IMG/VR virus record: IMGVR_UViG_3300033076_001104
Source of the DNA: an uncultured virus (IMG/VR IMGVR_UViG_3300033076_001104)
Taxonomy: Duplodnaviria > Heunggongvirae > Uroviricota > Caudoviricetes
Reading direction: 5' to 3' (one strand)
DNA: 62,485 nt
The notes under the pieces were generated by a model. That model did no database searches and was not told the origin of the DNA. It was given only the letters and a program-made list of their open reading frames with translations. Made by a program: the position numbers and the translations under genes. Shown here in pieces: positions 9,597 through 19,392 of the stretch (position 1 is the first letter of the stretch; each line of letters begins with the position of its first letter).

Positions 9597-9612
9597 TATT
9601 AAAAATCATTTA

Positions 9613-12510
9613 ATGAAAGAAGTTATCTCTCAGGAAATTATCGAGAATTTCCTTAATGGGTGGGACGATGAGAAATACATTGTCGGAGTTGAGTACGACT
9701 ACCCATCAAATTCAATCTACAAAATTATCCAAGACCCTGAACAGGGTAAGATAATAAAAAAGGACACATTCACACCTTTTTTATGGGTAGGTGATTTAAC
9801 CGGTTATAATTTTTATAGTGGTTCTAAGGCACAACAAAAAAAGGCAATGTCTACTCATGGAATCATTATTGAAAAATTAGAAACACACGGTAACGAAAGA
9901 CTTGAAAACGGTTTAAAATATATCGTTAAAAGTATTAAAAGTTACACAAATCTAACAAGTTTTTTTAGAGAAGGTGGAATAGACCCATGGAATGAAAAGT
10001 TTAGACACCTATTCCAAGTACTGTCACCTGTTGAACAATATCTAATTGATAAAAAGAAACGTTTGTTTAAAGGTATTGATGACTATGGTGGTGTACATAG
10101 ATTTGTATTCGATATTGAAACCACGGGTCTTGAAGCGGAAAACGATAAGATAATTCTTATTGGAGTTAAGGATAATCGTGGTTTACAAAGAACAATATCT
10201 GCGTTTGGTGAAGATGGAGAAAAGAAATGTATCGAAGAATTTTTTAAAATAATTAGAGATGTTAAACCAACAATTATTGGTGGATACAACTCAGCATTCT
10301 TCGACTGGCCCTTTATTTTAAAGAGGGCAAAAATATTAGGGGTAGAAACTCAGGAACTAACAGGAATTTACACATCCAAAGGAATTACGGAAAAAGAAGG
10401 GATGTTAAAATTGGCAAATGAGGTTGAACCATACACACAACATATCATTTGGGGTTTTAATATTATTGATATTGCACACGCGGTTAGAAGAGCACAAGCA
10501 ATTAATTCTGAAATTAAATCATGGGGATTGAAGTATATTACACAATACCTTGAAAAAGAAAAACAGAATCGTGTTTATGTTGACGGTGCATGGATTTCAA
10601 AAATTTATTTGGATAATGAAAGTTACTACGTTAACCCAAAAACAGGTAAGTATAAAAAAATTGGTGAACCGGGGACTGAAGGATTGTTGGAAAAATATCC
10701 AGGTAAGTTTGAGATATGGCCGGGTAGAAAAATTGTGGAACAATATCTTGACGATGACTTAACAGAAACAATGGTTGTTGATGATTCATTCTCACAATCA
10801 ACGTTTCTACTTTCAAAACTTGTACCTACAACATATGAGAGAATTGCAACAATGGGTACAGCCACATTGTGGAAGATTATCATGTTAGCATGGTCATATG
10901 AAAATAATTTAGCAATACCAGCTAAAGACGAGAAACGTGCAATTACAGGAGGTTTATCTCGTTTATTAAATGTAGGTTATTCAAAGAACATTGTTAAATT
11001 TGACTACGCATCACTTTATCCATCTATTCAACTTGTATATGATGTGTTTCCTGAATGTGATGTTATGGGTGTACAAAAATCAATGTTGAAATATTTCCGT
11101 AACATTCGTATCAAATATAAAAGACTTGCGGGAGAACTTGCAAAAACAAACCCTGTTGAGGCAGAAATGTACGACCGTAAACAATTACCAATTAAGATTT
11201 TTATCAATGCGTATTTTGGTTCATTATCTGCACCACAAGTGTTTCCGTGGGGTGATATGAATATGGGTGAAACTATTACTTGTACAGGTCGTCAATGTCT
11301 TCGTATGATGATTATGTTCTTTATGCAAAAAGGATATAAACCACTTGTAATGGACACGGATGGTGTTAACTTTGAAACACCTGAAGGAATTGAAAACACA
11401 AAATACATCGGTAAAGGATTAAATGAGTTAGTTGAAGAAGGTAAAGAATATACAGGAATAGAGGCAGACACTGCCGAATTCAATGATGTTTTCATGAGAA
11501 ATGAAATGGGATTGGATATTGACTACACCGCACCAGCATGTATCAATGTTTCTCGTAAAAATTATATTATTAAACTTTTAAAGAAAGGAAAAGAGAAAAT
11601 AAAACTAACAGGTAACACAATTAAATCTAAAAAATTACAAACATATATTGTTGAATTTTTAGATGAAGGATTAAAGATGTTATTGAATGGTGATGGTGTT
11701 GGTTTCATTGAATTGTATTATGACTACGTAAGTAAAATTTACAATAAAGAAATTCCACTATCAAAAATTGCGAATAAGGCTCGTGTTAAACAATCTGTAG
11801 AAGATTATAAAAAACACATTAAAAAGGTAACAAAGGCGGGTTCACTAATGTCGAGACAAGCACATATGGAATTAGTTATGTTAAATGATTATCCTGCAGG
11901 TCTTGGTGAAACAATTTATTACGTAAATAACGGTGTTAAAAAATCATCGGGAGACGTTCAAAAAATATCCAAACCAACAAAAAAACAACAAGAGGAATTT
12001 GAATTAAAACACGGATACCCAATGCCGGCGGATTTTATCGAAATAAATTGTTATATGATTCCCGAAAAAGAAATCACGGACAATCCCGATTTAACGGGTG
12101 ATTATAATGTTGCTCGTTATTTGAGCAATTTTAATAAACGTATTGAACCATTATTATGTGTGTTTAAACCTGAAATCAGAGAAGATATTTTAATAGAAGA
12201 TCCAAACAACAGACAATTTTTTACTAAACTTCAATGTGAATTGGTTAGTGGGTATCCATTAAAAGAAGACGGTCAAGATAAATTTGACGAAGTAATGACA
12301 TTATCGGACAGTGAAGTTCTATTTTGGAATAGAGTTAATCGTGACCCATTCTTCATGTATGTTGAAAACAGTTTAGAATTAGTAGACCAATATTGGGTAG
12401 ACCATAATAGAAAAGTGGTTTCGTTACAGGCAGAATGTATTAAGAGTAATGAGGATGAAATCATTGAAAATAATTCTCATGACTACGCATATCATGCGGT
12501 AGAATCTTAG
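9613..12510 (+). CDS. polB: Family B DNA polymerase with 3'-5' exonuclease
   Basis: ExoI FDIET, ExoII GYNSAFFDWPFI, motif A DYASLYPS, motif B KIFINAYFG, motif C MDTDG. ATG 9613 preferred over the TTG at 9553. Confidence 0.93.
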   Translation: MKEVISQEIIENFLNGWDDEKYIVGVEYDYPSNSIYKIIQDPEQGKIIKKDTFTPFLWVGDLTGYNFYSGSKAQQKKAMSTHGIIIEKLETHGNERLENGLKYIVKSIKSYTNLTSFFREGGIDPWNEKFRHLFQVLSPVEQYLIDKKKRLFKGIDDYGGVHRFVFDIETTGLEAENDKIILIGVKDNRGLQRTISAFGEDGEKKCIEEFFKIIRDVKPTIIGGYNSAFFDWPFILKRAKILGVETQELTGIYTSKGITEKEGMLKLANEVEPYTQHIIWGFNIIDIAHAVRRAQAINSEIKSWGLKYITQYLEKEKQNRVYVDGAWISKIYLDNESYYVNPKTGKYKKIGEPGTEGLLEKYPGKFEIWPGRKIVEQYLDDDLTETMVVDDSFSQSTFLLSKLVPTTYERIATMGTATLWKIIMLAWSYENNLAIPAKDEKRAITGGLSRLLNVGYSKNIVKFDYASLYPSIQLVYDVFPECDVMGVQKSMLKYFRNIRIKYKRLAGELAKTNPVEAEMYDRKQLPIKIFINAYFGSLSAPQVFPWGDMNMGETITCTGRQCLRMMIMFFMQKGYKPLVMDTDGVNFETPEGIENTKYIGKGLNELVEEGKEYTGIEADTAEFNDVFMRNEMGLDIDYTAPACINVSRKNYIIKLLKKGKEKIKLTGNTIKSKKLQTYIVEFLDEGLKMLLNGDGVGFIELYYDYVSKIYNKEIPLSKIANKARVKQSVEDYKKHIKKVTKAGSLMSRQAHMELVMLNDYPAGLGETIYYVNNGVKKSSGDVQKISKPTKKQQEEFELKHGYPMPADFIEINCYMIPEKEITDNPDLTGDYNVARYLSNFNKRIEPLLCVFKPEIREDILIEDPNNRQFFTKLQCELVSGYPLKEDGQDKFDEVMTLSDSEVLFWNRVNRDPFFMYVENSLELVDQYWVDHNRKVVSLQAECIKSNEDEIIENNSHDYAYHAVES

Positions 12511-13622
12511 ATTACATTAAATGGTGAAATCATCGGTCTATACTTCAAAGACTTATTAAGGTTTTCGGCTTCGTTCCCTTTTCTTTCAAGAATTTTTTCG
12601 GGACGAAGTCGTTCTAACCTTTGCATTAATTCTTCAATTAATTTTAACTTTTCGTCTTTTGCTTCAGTTAATAGTGATGTGTAATCTAATTTAACAGCAC
12701 TATCAGGTACTTGTAAATCTCCTGAAAATTTACCCCAAATTCTTGCTAAACCTTCTTTTGCATATGCAATAAGATATTTTCTAACCCAGTTTTGTGCGGG
12801 TTTATTTAAAACATCCCAAGTAAGAGGTGTTACATCAATGTCTGACGGTAATTTAATTACATCTTTATTTTGGTCTAAACACGTATCTCTATCAGTTGTG
12901 TCATAATACCAATACCAAACATTATAGTTGTTTCTTAAGTTAGAGAAATCAAATCTACCTCCGGGTACATTATAAAGGTGTACCATTTTAGTACCATTAG
13001 GACCCGCGGTAATTCTATAAGTAACATCACCGCCAATTAAACGGTTTTTAATGTTTCTATCTTGCATTCTCATTAATAAATCAAATGCGGGTAACATGAA
13101 ATAAGAACCCGACGTCCCAACCTGTGCAAAACCACCAACACCACCAAATCCAACTCCACCTAATCCACCAAATCCACCTAAGAATGGATCTACAATTGAA
13201 TCTGTTAATTCTGCTCTTTGAAACCATAATAATTCATTTATTTCTCTTCCAGCAGGTATCATGTACGTCTGTGTACCACCTGTTAATTGAAAATAATCTT
13301 TTTTCAATTCCCACGGACCACCCGCCTGTAAACCAACAATTTTAGAATATGAATAAGAATATTGGGTTTCGTAATCCAATCCCCTAGTGGTAAATGCTCT
13401 CGATAATGACTGTGTATCAACATCCAAACCGATTAATGATGACCATTGGGATTCGATTAACCAATCGTTTACATATTGTTCGTATTCAGAAACCGCAAGT
13501 TCCAAAAAGGTGTCCATTTGTTCCTCGGTTAATTCTATACCACGAACAGGCATACCCAATAAATGAAACACTTGGGTATATAATTTTTCTTTTTCGGGTT
13601 GTGATATTACAGTTATTGACAT
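12507..13622 (-). CDS. Neck / head-completion protein (T4 gp13-like)
   Basis: LGMPV..IELTEEQMD at the N-terminus; WVRKYLIAYAKE.L.RIWGKFSG...P...V.LD...L..EA at the C-terminus. Confidence 0.8.
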   Translation of the reverse strand: MSITVISQPEKEKLYTQVFHLLGMPVRGIELTEEQMDTFLELAVSEYEQYVNDWLIESQWSSLIGLDVDTQSLSRAFTTRGLDYETQYSYSYSKIVGLQAGGPWELKKDYFQLTGGTQTYMIPAGREINELLWFQRAELTDSIVDPFLGGFGGLGGVGFGGVGGFAQVGTSGSYFMLPAFDLLMRMQDRNIKNRLIGGDVTYRITAGPNGTKMVHLYNVPGGRFDFSNLRNNYNVWYWYYDTTDRDTCLDQNKDVIKLPSDIDVTPLTWDVLNKPAQNWVRKYLIAYAKEGLARIWGKFSGDLQVPDSAVKLDYTSLLTEAKDEKLKLIEELMQRLERLRPEKILERKGNEAENLNKSLKYRPMISPFNVI

Positions 13623-13650
13623 ATTTTTTGGTATATTCCAATAAATAGTT

Positions 13651-13658
13651 TATATTTG
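13651..13658 (+). promoter_or_regulatory. Bacteroidota sigmaA-type -7 element
   Basis: TATATTTG (TAnnTTTG consensus) 8 nt before ATG 13667. Confidence 0.5.
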
Positions 13659-13666
13659 GGAATAAT

Positions 13667-14671
13667 ATGACTCACGATACATTTAAAAATATATGGAATT
13701 CTAACTACGAACTTCAACGAAGTATGAAGAATTCGGTAAATGATACCATAAAAACAGTTAATTTCGATTCGGTACCCAACTATAGATATGGAAAATTAAC
13801 ACAAGATGGGATGGACGGTGTTATTTTCAATATTTTTGATTCTGAAATATGGGGTTGGCCAAATACTATAAACACAAATTATTCTTGTCATTACGAAATA
13901 ATCCAATTCATAAACGAAATTGATTCCGATAATAAATTTAACGATATTGATTTTAGTAATCTTAGGTTAAATAACACTTTAATACGTTATAAAGAACTTT
14001 TAGAAAAACATAAACAAACAATTTTTACTCCAGGTAGTAAAGTTTTTAAAAATATGTTTTTCATCACACAAAAAACATGGGGTATTGGTATCATTTCATC
14101 AATACTTGGGTTAAAAGAACTTTCTAAGAAATACAATATCGAATATAATTTAGAATACAAAAGAGGTGATGATGCGGATATGAAGAAGGGTATCGATTTT
14201 AAAATGACCTTTGGTGATGGTGGTTCAAAAAACGTACAACACAAATCCGCTAAAATATGGGAGGAGGGTGAATTTTATGTATCCAAAGTTTTTCTTTATA
14301 ACGAATACACCTACCGTAATAATGTTGATTTGATATCAATACAATCAGGAAAAACCCTATACATATTTTCAAATTCAACAAATAAAAATTTATGTGGAAC
14401 AAGAAGTGACGGTAAATTTTTTATTTCTGAAACATTAAAATTAGACGAAATGGAAATTAAAGAAGAATTATTAGAACAACTTCTAACTAAAATAAATTTA
14501 TTGTGTTTTGAGAAACAACATATTTTCTTTTTTGAAAGAAGTGAAGACGAAAATAATAAATTCGAAATTGACGAAATGAAGGGTATAAAAACCCTAAGAT
14601 TATACATCAATAATATTGAGGATCCTAATCTAACAAAAATGTTAGAAGATGTTATAGAAAAAATTAGATAA
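13667..14671 (+). CDS. Hypothetical protein, possible PD-(D/E)XK nuclease-like domain
   Basis: 334-aa ORF; DMKKGIDFKM...KNVQHKS resembles a D..GID...xQxK nuclease core. Confidence 0.45.
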   Translation: MTHDTFKNIWNSNYELQRSMKNSVNDTIKTVNFDSVPNYRYGKLTQDGMDGVIFNIFDSEIWGWPNTINTNYSCHYEIIQFINEIDSDNKFNDIDFSNLRLNNTLIRYKELLEKHKQTIFTPGSKVFKNMFFITQKTWGIGIISSILGLKELSKKYNIEYNLEYKRGDDADMKKGIDFKMTFGDGGSKNVQHKSAKIWEEGEFYVSKVFLYNEYTYRNNVDLISIQSGKTLYIFSNSTNKNLCGTRSDGKFFISETLKLDEMEIKEELLEQLLTKINLLCFEKQHIFFFERSEDENNKFEIDEMKGIKTLRLYINNIEDPNLTKMLEDVIEKIR

Positions 14672-15032
14672 CGTTTATAAAAAGTTTTTCCTTTATCGGC
14701 ACAATTAATTTATTTGTGTAATTTGAATTCACATCTAAAAATTGAATGTTAATAACCCCCTCATATCTTCCCTTTTTGGATGTATTTTGTTCCGTGAATC
14801 TATACGTTATATAATATTCATCTGTTGTTTGGTCATATTTTTTATTTCTGGTTGTTAAAAGACATTGACCATTTAAAACTTCATATTCACCTGTTTCAGA
14901 ATTTGACATTTCAAAAGTTATTTCTGAATTTTCGAGCAAGTCATTGAATGACGACTTATCATTTTTGCCGTCATCCAACAACCTCATTTTTAATATAGGG
15001 TCACTTGCTCCCTGTCTTATAAAAAATTCCAT
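14664..15032 (-). CDS. BppU-like (baseplate upper protein N-terminal) Ig-fold virion protein
   Basis: F.IRQG...P.L...L.D, ITF.M, Y.F....T...G.Y.G pattern; directly follows the fibre gene. Confidence 0.55.
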   Translation of the reverse strand: MEFFIRQGASDPILKMRLLDDGKNDKSSFNDLLENSEITFEMSNSETGEYEVLNGQCLLTTRNKKYDQTTDEYYITYRFTEQNTSKKGRYEGVINIQFLDVNSNYTNKLIVPIKEKLFINVI

Positions 15033-15037
15033 ATTTT

Positions 15038-17023
15038 TTAATATGTTGTTATTCTAATCTCAAGATTATCATTAGATGTAATATTAAAATTACTTGTAAA
15101 TCCAATCGTCGATGGACCTGTTCCACTTGAATCAAGTATCATTGAACCATTTTTATAGAATTGAACTAAATAATTTTGATTACCCGAAATTACCATTGGT
15201 AGAGAATCTCCGGGTACAATAGTACCTATACCCGTTATTGTACTACCTGAAGATAATGGGAATGATTCATTAAATGTTACACCTGTCGCAGAAAAACTAC
15301 CAACTATAGGACCACTAATGTTATTTACCAAAATATTATTAGTTGGTTCCAACTGTATTTTTCTCCATGATGTTCCGTTATGGAAATATAGATTTGATCC
15401 AGAAACCGCCATATCACCAAATGTTGAGTTTATTGGTAAAGTACTCACAGCATTTAGTTTTAATAAATCACTAATTGTTGTACCACTAACATTTAATGAA
15501 CCGGTAACTTCAATATCGTTTGTTGTTGACCAACTTGAACCAGTTTGTGTGAATATTGAATCTCCACTAGTACCTGAAGTTCCATCAATACCTGAAGTAC
15601 CACTAGAACCTGAAGTACCATCAATACCTGAAGTACCACTAGTACCATCAATACCTGAAGTACCACTAGAACCTGAAGTTCCGTCTACACCCGAAGTACC
15701 ACTAGTACCATCAATACCTGAAGTACCACTAGAACCTGAAGTACCATCAATACCTGAAGTACCACTAGAACCTGAAGTACCACTAGAACCTGAAGTACCA
15801 TCAATACCCGATGTTCCACTAGTACCATCAATACCCGATGTTCCACTAGTACCATCAATACCCGATGTTCCACTAGTACCTGAAGTACCATCGATACCCG
15901 AGATACCACTAGAACCTGAACTACCACTTGTACCTGATGTACCATTTACTCCTGATGTTCCCGAAGTTCCCGAAGTTCCGTCAAGACCCGACGGTAAATT
16001 TGTTAACATACTACCATCACCAACAAAATATGAACCTGAAACCCAACCATCTACTTTAAGGTTGTTGTCCATTTTTACACTACCGCTAAATTCAACTTTA
16101 AATCCTTGTGATGAAGATGGTATTGAAAATCTTTGATTTGATTGTTTTTCAGTGAAAAATCCGATTGTGGTATCGTTATACATTGAGATACCCGGGTTTC
16201 TCCAAGCACCAGCACTAAATAAATGTGTATGACCATGACCACTTATACCGGCAATGGCCATAGATCCAATATACATGTCATTTGAAAAATTGACCAAATA
16301 CGCATCACCAGCGTAACCACAAGATAAATCGGTATGATGAACCGAATTAATACCTAAATTAACATATGATGAACTTTCATCTGAATCACTGTTCATTAAA
16401 ACCAAATCTGCAGATGCGTGTGATCCTGTGTTCCAATTTATAATGTTTACTGCTCCATAATGATCACCAAATGAATTTTGAAATGTTGCGATATTATGTG
16501 TATCATAACCATCAACAATCAATCTTTCATAATATTCACCTTCATTTGATGAAACAACATCGATACCAACACCCAATGATGTACCACCATTTAAGATGTG
16601 AAGAGTATTTGATGATGTTAATGAAGTTGGGGTGTCAAAATATGCCAAATGACTACCACTACCCGATATGTTTATTTGTGAACCATTTAAACTTAACGAA
16701 CCTGTAATGTTTACACTTCCTGTGAAATTGTGATTATCGTCATCGGTATTACCAAAATTAGAAGAACCACTAATGGTTTCTGTTATAATATTTGTAATTG
16801 ATGAACTTATAATGTATTGTTGTGATATAATAGAACCACTCACAATTAAATCTCCTTTTATCGTTTGGTCACCCTCAAACGTATGAGATAATCCATCTAC
16901 AATCGTATCTTTAAGGGTTTCTAAAGATGTTTTTGATGTGGATACACCGTTTTCATATATGGTATATCCCGTTAAACTTGGGGACGTTGTTGTGTTTAAG
17001 TCTTTTATATATTTGTTTGCCAT
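15038..17023 (-). CDS. Tail-fibre-like virion protein with proline-free Gly-X-Y (GTS/GSS/GID) repeat
   Basis: ISGSSNFGNTDDDNHNFTGSVNITGS and GSYFVGDGSMLTNLP fibre-type motifs plus about 48 uninterrupted Gly-X-Y triplets; late motif upstream. Confidence 0.7.
   Translation of the reverse strand: MANKYIKDLNTTTSPSLTGYTIYENGVSTSKTSLETLKDTIVDGLSHTFEGDQTIKGDLIVSGSIISQQYIISSSITNIITETISGSSNFGNTDDDNHNFTGSVNITGSLSLNGSQINISGSGSHLAYFDTPTSLTSSNTLHILNGGTSLGVGIDVVSSNEGEYYERLIVDGYDTHNIATFQNSFGDHYGAVNIINWNTGSHASADLVLMNSDSDESSSYVNLGINSVHHTDLSCGYAGDAYLVNFSNDMYIGSMAIAGISGHGHTHLFSAGAWRNPGISMYNDTTIGFFTEKQSNQRFSIPSSSQGFKVEFSGSVKMDNNLKVDGWVSGSYFVGDGSMLTNLPSGLDGTSGTSGTSGVNGTSGTSGSSGSSGISGIDGTSGTSGTSGIDGTSGTSGIDGTSGTSGIDGTSGSSGTSGSSGTSGIDGTSGSSGTSGIDGTSGTSGVDGTSGSSGTSGIDGTSGTSGIDGTSGSSGTSGIDGTSGTSGDSIFTQTGSSWSTTNDIEVTGSLNVSGTTISDLLKLNAVSTLPINSTFGDMAVSGSNLYFHNGTSWRKIQLEPTNNILVNNISGPIVGSFSATGVTFNESFPLSSGSTITGIGTIVPGDSLPMVISGNQNYLVQFYKNGSMILDSSGTGPSTIGFTSNFNITSNDNLEIRITTY
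15557..15988 (-). repeat. Coding tandem repeat (9-bp units) encoding Gly-Thr-Ser/Gly-Ser-Ser/Gly-Ile-Asp
   Basis: Recurrent GAAGTACCACTAGAACCT / GAAGTACCATCAATACCT units on the + strand. Confidence 0.9.
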
Positions 17024-17059
17024 AACAATAAATATTAAATGTTTTTAAATTATTTTATT

Positions 17060-18592
17060 TTAAATTGAGTGTAAATCATCGAAACATCTATCTCCACATA
17101 TGTCAAATTGATATTGATTCAACCTTGTTAAAAAATTATGTCTAACATGTACAAAATCGAGAGGTTCTTCGTAATATTTTATAGATTTCATGTTAAAACA
17201 ACAAACACCATTATGAATGTTATTCATTAAACCTGTTCCTCCACCCCACGATTGAATGAATGGTTGTACCCCTCTATTTGACGGAATAACCTCTTCCCAA
17301 TCCTCTATTTTGTAAATTGGTCTACCATTTAGGTAAATTTTTAAAATACCTAATCTTCTCTCCCTTTCTTTTGACCATTTTTTATTTAAGAACTCCGACT
17401 CAGATTCAAATGTTGTTATTTGTGTTGAAGTTACAGCGGACACCTCGGTATCATTATACTCATTAACCTTCCACCCCAATAAATCATTCCATCCACCGTT
17501 GTTTTCTAAATCACAATCGTTGTATCTTTTATATCTATCAAATACAATTGTAACATTAAAATCCCCATAATCTTGATTTGTACACAATTGAGGGGTTTGT
17601 CCCGATGATATATAAAATGATTCTTGATACCCGTTAGTTTCACAATTACCCGAATAATGATGTGTAACCCATTTTATTCTACCATCTGATGTAAATTGGA
17701 ACGATAAATTGTTATCGGCATAATCTAATGGATTGTCAGACCCCCTAACTCCAAAATAATAAAACACACCACCATTCGACCATGATAAACTTTCTCTATT
17801 GAAAACAAAATCCAAAGTCCAACCTTTTTCTGTTCTTCTGTTTATTAATGGATTACAATTATTAAAAGGATTTCCTGTATTAATTTCGTACGCCCAAGGT
17901 TTTAAATTTAATTTAGGTGACTGTGGGCAACAATTATTTAAATCTTCCAATTTATTAACACAAGGTATCACTTGATTGGAGAACATGTTAATGATGTCAG
18001 ATTGGGAATTCATAATATGATTTACCAGTAAAGTTTCCTCATCGTCCGTTAATAATGTATTCCCATCATCATCCATTAATGAATAAGTGAATGGAGTTTC
18101 GTCCGTGAAAATCAATGTATCCCCTTCATCAGTTAACATTATATCCCCATTATTATCTAAAAAATAACCATAAACACCAAATAGGGGTAAATTAGTGATG
18201 TTATAATTTGAAATTGTAAAGTAGTGAATTTCATTTGTTATACCTGTAAATGTGAAAACATCATTATTTAATATGGTGTGTTCATAAGGAAAATCGAAAT
18301 GAGAAATGAAGTCAGAATAATTTAGCGTAATGGTTAAACCCGAAAAAATATATTCTTCATCGTTAACACTATTGTCATACTCATTTAATGTTATTAAATC
18401 TTTTGAACAAAACGAATTAGACAAAGAATTGTCGATTTTTAACGTATTATACGTAATTCTTCTATTTAAATCTAAAACATCCGTATTATAGTCCAAGTCA
18501 ATTTTACTTATTTCATAGTCATAAAACTCTGAAAAGTCTAATTTAACGTCAAGTTTTGACCCATAAAACTTTAAAATATTCTGTGTGTTCAT
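17060..18592 (-). CDS. Hypothetical virion protein (Cys-rich, LamG/concanavalin-like beta-sandwich suspected)
   Basis: GWTLDFVF, LSFQFTSDGRIKW, FNVTIVF, LKIYLNG segments; late motif upstream. Confidence 0.5.
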   Translation of the reverse strand: MNTQNILKFYGSKLDVKLDFSEFYDYEISKIDLDYNTDVLDLNRRITYNTLKIDNSLSNSFCSKDLITLNEYDNSVNDEEYIFSGLTITLNYSDFISHFDFPYEHTILNNDVFTFTGITNEIHYFTISNYNITNLPLFGVYGYFLDNNGDIMLTDEGDTLIFTDETPFTYSLMDDDGNTLLTDDEETLLVNHIMNSQSDIINMFSNQVIPCVNKLEDLNNCCPQSPKLNLKPWAYEINTGNPFNNCNPLINRRTEKGWTLDFVFNRESLSWSNGGVFYYFGVRGSDNPLDYADNNLSFQFTSDGRIKWVTHHYSGNCETNGYQESFYISSGQTPQLCTNQDYGDFNVTIVFDRYKRYNDCDLENNGGWNDLLGWKVNEYNDTEVSAVTSTQITTFESESEFLNKKWSKERERRLGILKIYLNGRPIYKIEDWEEVIPSNRGVQPFIQSWGGGTGLMNNIHNGVCCFNMKSIKYYEEPLDFVHVRHNFLTRLNQYQFDICGDRCFDDLHSI

Positions 18593-18597
18593 ATTTC

Positions 18598-18630
18598 TAT
18601 AAATATCTTTCCCTCTGTTTGATATTTATA
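18598..18630. promoter_or_regulatory. Back-to-back pair of putative late promoter motifs (GATATTTATA on each strand)
   Basis: TATAAATA at 18598-18605 serves the minus-strand gene and TATTTATA at 18623-18630 serves the plus-strand gene. Confidence 0.6.
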
Positions 18631-18645
18631 TAAAAAACTATTTGA

Positions 18646-19392
18646 ATGAATAATTTTATAAAACAGGTGATAGAAGAGAAATTTGCCTCTAAGGCACAAC
18701 AAAGATTCTTCTATGCACAAGCAGGAAAAGGTGGTAAAAAGGGTAAAAAATGGTCTAAATGGGCAAAAGAGTTCTCTAGTAAGACAGATTTTGATAAAAT
18801 ACCTGATAAAGTAGAAAAAGAAGAGGAGATTGAAGAAATTGTTGATTCTAAAGGTAATATTGCACGTTCAAAAATACCAACAACATCTAAAACGAAGGGA
18901 ATTGAACAAAAAAAGACAAGTGATGAAGTTGTTAAATCTGGTGCGGGTAGTATGGGTATACATGGTGTACATGGTACACACACATCATTAAGATATTGGG
19001 CAGAATCAGATATGAGTAAGGCGTTAGGATTTAAAGATACTATGGGTAATGATGAAGATTTTGAAGACGCAGAAGACCATTTCGAGAAAGAATTGGGTTT
19101 ACCTGATGATGAGGCAAAAGAAAGAATGGGTCAAATGGGTTACGATGAAAAATTACCTGAAGATAAAGTTAGGTTAGTTGAAAATCCTAAAAAATTCATG
19201 GAGGAGTATATTGAAAGTGTTTTAAGTAAAAAAAACATATCAAACGATATTGTTCCCAAAAACAACGAAACAACTGAAGAAAAAGAAATTAACCCGATAG
19301 TTAAGAAACAATTAATGTCATTGAAAAATACATTAAAAAAGAATAACTTAAACGTTAATGATGTACTTAAACATTTAAACGATAATGAATAA
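18646..19392 (+). CDS. Hypothetical protein (putative head-internal protein)
   Basis: 248-aa ORF; N-terminal MNNFIKQVIEE then basic KFASKAQQRFFYA module; late motif upstream. Confidence 0.6.
   Translation: MNNFIKQVIEEKFASKAQQRFFYAQAGKGGKKGKKWSKWAKEFSSKTDFDKIPDKVEKEEEIEEIVDSKGNIARSKIPTTSKTKGIEQKKTSDEVVKSGAGSMGIHGVHGTHTSLRYWAESDMSKALGFKDTMGNDEDFEDAEDHFEKELGLPDDEAKERMGQMGYDEKLPEDKVRLVENPKKFMEEYIESVLSKKNISNDIVPKNNETTEEKEINPIVKKQLMSLKNTLKKNNLNVNDVLKHLNDNE

Noticed and set aside
15318..16136. 272-aa plus-strand Pro/Glu/Val repeat ORF (and 15685..15945)
   Set aside because: Antisense or off-frame shadow of the Gly-Thr-Ser repeat; repeats lacking stop codons give such ORFs automatically.
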